A stretch of DNA of 64,000 nt from Dehalococcoidia bacterium (GTDB taxonomy: Bacteria > Chloroflexota > Dehalococcoidia > Lucifugimonadales > UBA3495). The notes under the pieces were generated by a model, which was not told the origin of the DNA, ran no database searches, and worked only from the letters and a program-made list of their open reading frames with translations. Location: positions 465,291 through 529,290 of the forward strand of contig CBDBMH010000002.1 in assembly GCA_965207275.1 (NCBI GenBank). The letters are read 5' to 3'. Of this stretch, positions 35,247 through 42,909 are shown piece by piece (position 1 is the first letter of the stretch; each line of letters opens with the position of its first letter). Both the position numbers and the translations under genes were made by a program.

Positions 35247-35529
35247 ACCCTTGCCTACCGAATACTTCCCGGCTACAGCCCGAATCTATAAACAGATTGC
35301 CCTGCTGTACCTTGCTAGACAATGGTAAACCCTGTTGTTAAGATTGTTCTACTCGCTCTCAATCGGTTGCCATAACAGGTCGCCGGTATCCTGGCTCTCG
35401 CCTTCAGCATCCTCGGCATGGCGGTGGATGGGCAGCCTTTCGTCGGTAGGTAGCGCCCTCACACTCCACACTCCGTGGACCTGCCTGTCGGGACACAGCC
35501 ATATTTCCGCGCCTTTGGGGGGATTTCCG

Positions 35530-37656
35530 ATGCCACAGCTCACCCGTTGGATAACTGTACTAGCCCTGGTCACATTGCTCACCCTCCTCCTTGCCTGCAC
35601 CAGGCAGGTGGAGGTGGTCAAGGAAGTTCCTGTAGAGGTTGAAAGACAGGTTACCGTCGAGGTGGAGCGAGAGGTACCGGTAGAGGTGGAGAGGCAGGTA
35701 ATGGTGCAGGTCGTGGCTACTCCCACTCCTGGCCCGGCTCCACAGGTTGAACTGCCCCGCCAGCCCCAGGCCCAGCCCGTTGCCGGTAGCGAGCCAGCGC
35801 AAGCGGCCCCGACCCAGGTTCCGCCTCCCCCGCCGCAGCCAACAATCGCGGCAATGGTTGACGACGTAGAGCGAATCTACAAGATCGGCATTTCCGAAGA
35901 CCTGACTACCACCAACTACTGGGCCTATCTGGGTCCGGACGGCACCATCTGGAACCTGTACGTACTGAGCGGCAGCAAGCCTTCCCTCTATTCCTACACC
36001 AGCCAGACTTTCGATTGGGTCCCATCCCTGGCCTCCGACTTTCCCACCGCGTTGCTCGAAGAGACCGTGGACGGAGAGACCCTTTGGACCACGGAAGTGC
36101 CTCTCAAGCAGGGCGTAATGTGGAGCGACGGCACGGAGGTAACTGCCGAGGACTTCGCCTTCACCGCCAATACCGCCAATGAACTGATGCTCACCGGCAA
36201 CTGGCCCGGCATAGTGGACCCCGAATACTATCATCACTCCGAAGCCCTTGACCCCTACCGCCTGAAGATTTACTTCCAGAAGAAACCCGGCCTGGCCCGC
36301 TGGCAGTTCGGCCTCGCCTTCATGCCCATCTTCCCCAAGTCCTATTGGGAACCGGTGGTCGCCGAGGCAAAACAGGCCGGTGAACTGCCGGAACAGCATA
36401 AAGTCCTCTTTGCCCACGTTCCCGAGGGAGAACCCACCGGCGGCCCCTTCGGCTTCGATAAGTGGGAAAGGGGCGCCTTCGCCGAAAAGACCCGCAATGA
36501 CGACTACTATTTCCGGGGGGCCACGTCTACCCAGTACGACAATGGCGCTTATGTTGAGACCAAGCCCGGGGTCTACGAATTCGCCGCCTTCGGTGAACCT
36601 GCCGGCGAAGTCGCTCTCCAGACTATCCAGGGCCCCAACGCCAGCAGTTCCATCTATTCCGTTTACGGCAGCCAGGATGCCACGGTCCTGGCCCTCAGGA
36701 AGGGCGACATCGATTTCATGCTCAATCCCCTCGGCCTTTCCAAGGGCCTACAGGAGCAACTGGAAGGCGCCGAAGGTCTCACCACCATCTCCAACTCTTC
36801 CGATGGCGTCCGCTACCTGGGCTTCAACTTCCGTCGCGAACCCATGAACGACAAGGCATTCCGTCAGGCCGTGGCCACCCTCATTGACAAGGAATTCCTC
36901 ACCCAGACCGTCCTCCAGGGCGTCGCTATCCCCGTCTATGCCATGGTCCCCAACGGCAATGCCGCCTGGTACAACCCCGACGTGCCCCAGGTTGGCAAGG
37001 GCCTTACCCGGGCCGAGCGCGTGGCCCATGCCGTCCAAATGCTCAAGGAGGCCGGCTTTACCTGGGAAGTGGAACCCCGCGTCAGCGAAGACGGCCGGTT
37101 CGTCGAACAGCAGGGCGAGGGACTCAGGATGCCCAACGGCGAACCCATCCCGGAGATGACGGTCCTGGCGCCCAGCCCGGGCTATGACCCTCTCCGTTCG
37201 ACCTTCGCTATATGGATTGAACGCTGGCTGACCGAAGTCGGGATCCCCCTTCGAGCCGACCTCACGGGCTTTAACCTCATCGTTGATAAGGTGTTCAACC
37301 AGCAGGACTTCGATATGTGGATCCTGGGTTGGGGCCTGAGCCTCTACCCCGACTATCTTGAGGTTTTCTTCCACAGCCGGTACTCCGACCTGGAAGGATA
37401 CAATGCGGGAGGATACAACAACCCCGAATTTGACCAATTGGCCGACGACCTGGTGGCGGAAACCGACCTGCAAAGCGCCCGGGACCAGGTCTTCCGCATG
37501 CAGGCCTTCCTGGCCGATGACCTGCCCTACGTTACCCTGTTCACCACCCCCATAGTGGAAACCTACCGCAGCGACAAGATTGAGTTTCCCTACACCGATA
37601 ATCTGGGCGGCCTTCAAAACGTAGCCGGCATGCCATCCCTGGTCAGCTTCAAGTAA
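35530..37656 (+). CDS. ABC transporter substrate-binding lipoprotein, family 5 (peptide/nickel type)
   Basis: Start is at ATG 35530. The signal and lipobox are 'LALVTLLTLLLAC', followed by a repetitive linker and a large SBP_bac_5-like body. Two permeases and two ATPases follow. Confidence 0.85.
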   Translation: MPQLTRWITVLALVTLLTLLLACTRQVEVVKEVPVEVERQVTVEVEREVPVEVERQVMVQVVATPTPGPAPQVELPRQPQAQPVAGSEPAQAAPTQVPPPPPQPTIAAMVDDVERIYKIGISEDLTTTNYWAYLGPDGTIWNLYVLSGSKPSLYSYTSQTFDWVPSLASDFPTALLEETVDGETLWTTEVPLKQGVMWSDGTEVTAEDFAFTANTANELMLTGNWPGIVDPEYYHHSEALDPYRLKIYFQKKPGLARWQFGLAFMPIFPKSYWEPVVAEAKQAGELPEQHKVLFAHVPEGEPTGGPFGFDKWERGAFAEKTRNDDYYFRGATSTQYDNGAYVETKPGVYEFAAFGEPAGEVALQTIQGPNASSSIYSVYGSQDATVLALRKGDIDFMLNPLGLSKGLQEQLEGAEGLTTISNSSDGVRYLGFNFRREPMNDKAFRQAVATLIDKEFLTQTVLQGVAIPVYAMVPNGNAAWYNPDVPQVGKGLTRAERVAHAVQMLKEAGFTWEVEPRVSEDGRFVEQQGEGLRMPNGEPIPEMTVLAPSPGYDPLRSTFAIWIERWLTEVGIPLRADLTGFNLIVDKVFNQQDFDMWILGWGLSLYPDYLEVFFHSRYSDLEGYNAGGYNNPEFDQLADDLVAETDLQSARDQVFRMQAFLADDLPYVTLFTTPIVETYRSDKIEFPYTDNLGGLQNVAGMPSLVSFK

Positions 37657-37695
37657 TCTGTTTAAAGAGATGCTCGGCGTCAGGCTGACCCGTTA

Positions 37696-37736
37696 CCCCT
37701 TCCCCCTTGATGGGGGAAGGCTGGGATGGGGGCGAA
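37696..37736 (+). repeat. family-1 repeat copy
   Basis: CCCCTTCCCCCTTGATGGGGGAAGGCTGGGATGGGGGCGAA. Confidence 0.8.
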
Positions 37737-37788
37737 TACCCGGCCATTTTGGTGCCCCATAAGTGACAGGAGTCTTTGCAAGAGGTAG

Positions 37789-37838
37789 TGTCGCCCTGAG
37801 TCCGCCGCGGCGGACCGAAGGGCCTGAAAACTTGCCCG
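37789..37838 (+). repeat. family-2 repeat copy
   Basis: TGTCGCCCTGAGTCCGCCGCGGCGGACCGAAGGGCCTGAAAACTTGCCC. Confidence 0.8.
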
Positions 37839-37901
37839 GATATTCCCCACGGGCCCGCGAGAACAATTGGAAGGCCACGATAAAGAGAACGTGTGAATAA
37901 G

Positions 37902-37942
37902 TCCCTTCCCCCGTCGAGCGGGGAAGGTTCGGATAGATGTGA
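37902..37942 (+). repeat. family-1 repeat copy
   Basis: TCCCTTCCCCCGTCGAGCGGGGAAGGTTCGGATAGATGTGA. Confidence 0.75.
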
Positions 37943-37981
37943 CCGCCACACCCACCCATTCGTCAGGAGTTAGCCCCCAAC

Positions 37982-39133
37982 ATGACCGGTTACCTGGTCC
38001 GCCGCGCGGGACAAATGGTCCTCACCCTCTTCCTGATAATTACCTTCGCCTTCTTCCTGGTGCAGGCCCAGCCCGGCGACTACGCCACCTTCTACGCCCT
38101 GGACCCCGATATGCCTCCGGAAGTCAGGCAACAACTGCGCGCCTCCTTCGGCCTCGACCAACCATTGTGGCAACAGTACCTGATCCACCTCAAAAACACC
38201 GTCACCGGTAACTTTGGCGTTTCATTCGGCCATTTTCCCAGGCCGGTGATGGAAGTGTTGATCGAGCGGGTACCGCGTACGGCGGTCCTCTTCCTCACCG
38301 CCACCGTCATGTCCTTTTACGTCGGGTTCCTGCTGGGGAAGGCCATCGCCTGGCGCCGTGGGGGCGTCCTGGAGTACACCGCCACCATCTCCGGCGCAAC
38401 TCTCTTCACCGTATTCACCCCCGCCTTCGGTCTGATGATGATCTGGATCTTCGCCTTCCGCCTGGGCTGGCTGCCCGTGGGCAAGTTCCTGGATCCCCTG
38501 GTATGGCGCCATGCGGAAGTGACCGCCAACTTTGTTTTCAGCCAGATGCTGCTGACCGCCTTCCTCATTACCGTTTTCGCCTTCCTGACCATCTTCCTGC
38601 TGAGAAAAACCGGCCGCATCGGCCTGGCAAAGTGGGCGGGCCCCCTGATCGGGGCCGGCCTGGTCGTCGCCCTGCTGGTCTGGACCTTTTCCGGCATTGG
38701 TGGGCTGGCCCTGGACATCCTGCGGCACATGGTCCTGCCTATCGTTACCCTCACTCTGATCTCCTTCGCCGGTACCATGCTCCTCACCCGCAACAGCATG
38801 CTGGAGACGGTGCGCGAGGACTACGTGATGGCCGCCCGGGCCAAGGGTCTGCCGGAGAAACTGGTGCGCGATCGCCATGCTGCCCGTAATGCCCTGCTCC
38901 CCGTGGTTACCAGCCTGGTCTACAGCCTCATCTTCGCCATCGACGGCAGCGTCATCATCGAGGGAGTCTTTTCCTGGCCCGGCACCGGCCTCACCCTGCT
39001 GCAGGCCGTCCGCTCCGAAGACCTGCCCCTGGTCATGGGAGCCATGGTCTTCATCGGTCTCTTCTCCCTGCTGGCCCACGTCATAGTTGACGTTCTCTAC
39101 GTCTATCTGGACCCCAGGATACGCTACCAGTGA
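37982..39133 (+). CDS. ABC transporter permease (DppB/OppB-like)
   Basis: 383-aa ORF, multi-TM, with the EAA-type loop 'EDYVMAARAKGLPEKLVRDRHAARNAL'. Confidence 0.85.
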   Translation: MTGYLVRRAGQMVLTLFLIITFAFFLVQAQPGDYATFYALDPDMPPEVRQQLRASFGLDQPLWQQYLIHLKNTVTGNFGVSFGHFPRPVMEVLIERVPRTAVLFLTATVMSFYVGFLLGKAIAWRRGGVLEYTATISGATLFTVFTPAFGLMMIWIFAFRLGWLPVGKFLDPLVWRHAEVTANFVFSQMLLTAFLITVFAFLTIFLLRKTGRIGLAKWAGPLIGAGLVVALLVWTFSGIGGLALDILRHMVLPIVTLTLISFAGTMLLTRNSMLETVREDYVMAARAKGLPEKLVRDRHAARNALLPVVTSLVYSLIFAIDGSVIIEGVFSWPGTGLTLLQAVRSEDLPLVMGAMVFIGLFSLLAHVIVDVLYVYLDPRIRYQ

Positions 39134-40131
39134 TTACGCCGACCGATAATCCGCTCCTCTCGGGGCCCTCTTCGGAACCGCCGGTAATGGAGGTGGGCCA
39201 CAGCCGCCTTCGACTACTGCTGGCCAGGACCCGCCTGGCCTGGCACTCCTTCCGCATCGGCTGGTCTATATTCATGGAAAGCCGTATCGGCGTCCTTTCC
39301 CTGGTGATCATCTCCCTGTTTGCGCTGATGGCCGTGGCCCATCCCATTCTGATGTTCACCGTCTGGGACTCCGAGACCTACGACCCCGTAACGGGTTACG
39401 CCTTTGACCGGCTCGAGCAGCCGGCGCCGCCTTCCTGGAAACATCTCCTGGGCACAGATCCCCTGGGCCGTGACGTCCTGAGCCAGTTGCTCTGGAGCAC
39501 TCGTTCCGAATTCGTCCTGGGCATCACGGCGGCCCTGGTTACCGTCGCCATTGCGACCACCGTGGGCGCCGTTTCCGCCTACTATGGCGGTCTGGTGGAC
39601 GTCTTCTTCATGCGCCTGGCCGATCTGATAATCGCCCTGCCCGGCATCTCCCTGCTCATCGTGCTCAGCGCCCTCTTCAAGCTCAACCTCTTCTACCTGG
39701 CCCTGGTCATCGGCATCCTGGGCGGCTTCGGGGGCACCGCCATCATCCTCAAGTCCCAGGCCCTCAGCATCAAGGTCAAGCCCTACATCGAGGCGGCCCG
39801 GGTGGCCGGCGGCGGCCATTTTCACATTATCTTTGTTCACATAATCCCCAACCTGCTGCCCCTTTCCCTGCTCTACATGATGTTCACCGTTACCAGCGCC
39901 ATCTTCGCCGAGGCGGTCCTTTCCTTCCTTGGCCTCCTCGACCTCCGAATGAGCTGGGGCATTATGATTCACACGGCCAACACCGGCGGCTACCTGATGG
40001 GCGGCACCCGCTACTGGTGGTTGGTTATTCCGGCGGGCGCCTCCATCACCCTGCTTTGCAGCGCCTTCTACCTGGGCGGCCGCGCCCTGGACGAAGTGGT
40101 CAACCCGCGCCTGCGGCGTCGGCACGATTAG
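39130..40131 (+). CDS. ABC transporter permease (DppC/OppC-like)
   Basis: 333-aa ORF. Its GTG start overlaps the preceding stop. It carries the loop 'PYIEAARVAGGGHFHIIFVHIIPN'. Confidence 0.85.
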   Translation: MITPTDNPLLSGPSSEPPVMEVGHSRLRLLLARTRLAWHSFRIGWSIFMESRIGVLSLVIISLFALMAVAHPILMFTVWDSETYDPVTGYAFDRLEQPAPPSWKHLLGTDPLGRDVLSQLLWSTRSEFVLGITAALVTVAIATTVGAVSAYYGGLVDVFFMRLADLIIALPGISLLIVLSALFKLNLFYLALVIGILGGFGGTAIILKSQALSIKVKPYIEAARVAGGGHFHIIFVHIIPNLLPLSLLYMMFTVTSAIFAEAVLSFLGLLDLRMSWGIMIHTANTGGYLMGGTRYWWLVIPAGASITLLCSAFYLGGRALDEVVNPRLRRRHD

Positions 40132-40146
40132 GCCGGAAAGAAGACC

Positions 40147-41157
40147 ATGCAAGACACAACAACCGAACCGGTCCTCAAAGTCGCCGATCTCTCTCTCCGC
40201 TACCTCACCCGGGCTGGCGAGGTCAAGGCTGTTCAGGATGTCAGCTTCCAACTTGCCCAGGGTCAGGCCATGGGCCTGGTGGGTGAATCCGGGTGCGGCA
40301 AGACCTCCGTCGCCAACTGCCTGATGCGCCTGCTGCCCGACAACGCCCTACTGCTCGGGGGCCAGGTCATCCTGGGCGGCCAGGACATCGCCGCGCTGTC
40401 CGAGGAGGAGATACGGGAATACCGCTGGAGCCGCATTGCCATGGTCTTCCAGGCGGCCATGAACTCCCTTGACCCGGTCTACCGTGTCGGCCAACAGGTG
40501 GTGGAGGCTATTGAGGCCCACGGGGTTGAATCTACCCTTTCCGATGCCAGGGATCGGGTGGCCCGCCTGTTTCGCATGGTTGGCCTGGACCCCGCCCTGA
40601 TGGACCGCTATCCCCACGAGTTCAGCGGCGGAATGCGTCAGCGCGCCGTCATCGCCATGGCCCTCTCCTGCGACCCCTCCGTCATCATCGCCGATGAACC
40701 CACCACCGCTCTCGACGTTATCGTCCAGGACCGCATCCTGCGGGAGCTGAAGGCCATCCAGCAGCAACTCAATATGGCTATCATTTATATCAGCCACGAC
40801 ATCGCCGTTGTCGCCGAGGTCACCGACCGACTCGGCGTGATGTACGCCGGCCGCCTGGTGGAGTACGGCGAAACCGCCGACGTTTTCCGCGCTCCCCTGC
40901 ATCCCTATACCTCGGCCCTCATGGGTTCCTTCCCCAGCATTACCGGCGAAAAACGGCCCCTGGCTAACCTCTCCGGCGAGCCGCCCAACCTCATCGACCC
41001 GCCGCCCGGCTGTCCCTTCCATCCCCGCTGCCTTCATGCCACCGACCAGTGCCGGACCGAGTTCCCTCCCCGGGTTTGGCGCGGCACCCAGTGGGCCGAC
41101 TGCTGGCACCCCCTGGACGAGGGCGAATCCACGCTGGCGCAGGAAGGAGTTGTTTAG
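40147..41157 (+). CDS. ABC transporter ATP-binding protein (DppD/OppD-like)
   Basis: Walker A 'GESGCGKTS', signature 'FSGGMRQR', Walker B 'VIIADEPTTALD', and an oligopeptide-type C-terminal extension. Confidence 0.9.
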   Translation: MQDTTTEPVLKVADLSLRYLTRAGEVKAVQDVSFQLAQGQAMGLVGESGCGKTSVANCLMRLLPDNALLLGGQVILGGQDIAALSEEEIREYRWSRIAMVFQAAMNSLDPVYRVGQQVVEAIEAHGVESTLSDARDRVARLFRMVGLDPALMDRYPHEFSGGMRQRAVIAMALSCDPSVIIADEPTTALDVIVQDRILRELKAIQQQLNMAIIYISHDIAVVAEVTDRLGVMYAGRLVEYGETADVFRAPLHPYTSALMGSFPSITGEKRPLANLSGEPPNLIDPPPGCPFHPRCLHATDQCRTEFPPRVWRGTQWADCWHPLDEGESTLAQEGVV

Positions 41158-42204
41158 GTGCAACCCGCCCAGTCCTCAACCCGGATACTGGGGCCCGAAA
41201 CGCTGGTTTCCGCTTCCGGCCTGACCAGGCTATTCCCGGTGGGCCGCGGCTTCTTTCGCCGTACCACCAGCTTTATTCATGCCGTGGATGACGTTTCCTT
41301 CGATCTGGACCGGGGCGACAGTCTGGGCCTGGTGGGCGAGTCCGGTTGCGGCAAGACCACCGTGGGCAAGCTGCTGGTCAAACTGCTGGATCCAACCTCC
41401 GGCGAGATCCTGTTCCGCCTGCCTGGTCTGGAGACTGCCGGCGGCGATCCCACCGACCCGGTTGAAGCCTCCGCGATTGCCTCCGGTCAAATGCGGTCCT
41501 TCCGTAGACAGGCCCAGATGATCTTTCAGGACCCCTACGAGTCCATGAATCCCCGTCGCACGATCTACGACACCATCGCCGAACCCCTGGCCGTCCAGGG
41601 CATCGGCACCGTCATGGACCGGGTGGACATCGTTTCCGAAATCCTCATGCTGGTGGGCCTCACCCCGCCAGCCACCTTCCTCTTCCGGCACCCCCACGAG
41701 CTTTCCGGCGGCCAACGCCAGCGGGTCGCCATTGCCCGCGCCCTGGTGGTGGAACCCACCTTCGTGGTGGCCGACGAACCAACCTCCATGCTGGACGTTT
41801 CCAGCCGCACCGGCATCATGAACCTGATGCAGCAACTGGCCCACGGCCTGGGCATCGCCTACCTGTACGTCACTCACGACCTGGCGGTGGCCCGCTACAT
41901 GTGCCACCGCATCGCCGTAATGTACCTGGGCAAGATCGTGGAAATCGGCGAGACCGAGGAACTGTTGCGCAACCCCCTTCATCCCTACACCCGCGCCCTG
42001 CTGTCCGCCGTTCCCGTGCCCGATCCCCAACACCGGCGCGAACCTCCCCACATTCTCGGCGACCTCACCGCGCCCATCGACCCGCCCGACCGGTGCCGAT
42101 TCTACGATCGCTGTCCCCTGGCCACCGACCACTGCCGCGACAACCCGCACCCGCCAACCGAGGAGAAGGGCCCCGACCACTGGGCAGCCTGCTACCAGGT
42201 CTAG
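41158..42204 (+). CDS. ABC transporter ATP-binding protein (DppF/OppF-like)
   Basis: Walker A 'GESGCGKTT', signature 'LSGGQRQR', Walker B '[12 protein letters not shown]'. Confidence 0.9.
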   Translation: MQPAQSSTRILGPETLVSASGLTRLFPVGRGFFRRTTSFIHAVDDVSFDLDRGDSLGLVGESGCGKTTVGKLLVKLLDPTSGEILFRLPGLETAGGDPTDPVEASAIASGQMRSFRRQAQMIFQDPYESMNPRRTIYDTIAEPLAVQGIGTVMDRVDIVSEILMLVGLTPPATFLFRHPHELSGGQRQRVAIARALVVEPTFVVADEPTSMLDVSSRTGIMNLMQQLAHGLGIAYLYVTHDLAVARYMCHRIAVMYLGKIVEIGETEELLRNPLHPYTRALLSAVPVPDPQHRREPPHILGDLTAPIDPPDRCRFYDRCPLATDHCRDNPHPPTEEKGPDHWAACYQV

Positions 42205-42259
42205 ATTGAGCTCACCCACCTGGGACCCTTGTCCGTCGCACGCTACCCAACCCAGGACT

Positions 42260-42315
42260 CATGCCGCCCCGCTAAGGGTCCGCCGCAGCGGACCGAAGGG
42301 CCTGAAATCCTGCCC
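42260..42315 (+). repeat. family-2 repeat copy
   Basis: CATGCCGCCCCGCTAAGGGTCCGCCGCAGCGGACCGAAGGGCCTGAAATCCTGCCC. Confidence 0.75.
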
Positions 42316-42450
42316 ACAATAGCCGTTCGGCGCTTTAGAATTACGGCTTGTTCAGCCCGATTGGATTGGCTGGCCTAGATCAAGGGGGAGAAACCTGGTG
42401 TCAACAGGCCTTGGTGGAGCAACAACTTTGAAGCGATGGGTTGGGGCTTA

Positions 42451-42520
42451 ACCGTCATACCGGCGAAAGCCGGAATCCAGAAGGTCCCGAAAGTGGACAC
42501 CGGCGAAAGCCGGAATGATG
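42451..42520 (+). repeat. family-3 repeats, two tandem copies
   Basis: ACCGTCATACCGGCGAAAGCCGGAATCCAG ... GGACACCGGCGAAAGCCGGAATGATG. Confidence 0.8.
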
Positions 42521-42823
42521 ATATATATCCACCGCCCATCACTTCAAGGCGGTTGGTCCACTGGACTCCTTGGGAGTATCTTATCCTGAGCTTGGCCCAA
42601 GGGCTCAGAATTACGGTGACCACAATGCGAATGCGATGCCCTTACCTTCGGCCTTGACTGCAACTCCTGCAGATAACGTTCCATCCTGGCGCTCCCCCAG
42701 AGGTGAGGGGCGCGCCAAACCCGACCCTGCCGCCGCTTCCCGCCAACCCTTCCCTTGGAGTACCACCCCAATAGTTGCGCTGACCAGCACGCTATTGACT
42801 CGTGGCGCGCCCCGCGCAGACAA

Positions 42824-42853
42824 CGAAATAGGGGCTGCCATCATGGCAGCCCC
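42824..42853 (-). terminator. rho-independent terminator downstream of the ZnuA-like gene
   Basis: GGGGCTGCC-atcat-GGCAGCCCC forms a 9-bp perfect stem and is followed on the minus strand by TATTTCGTT. Confidence 0.6.
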
Positions 42854-42909
42854 TCAGTTGGCTTGCGTCCGTCCTGAGCGGGACAATCCCGCCCGAACAT
42901 TGGTCGAAA

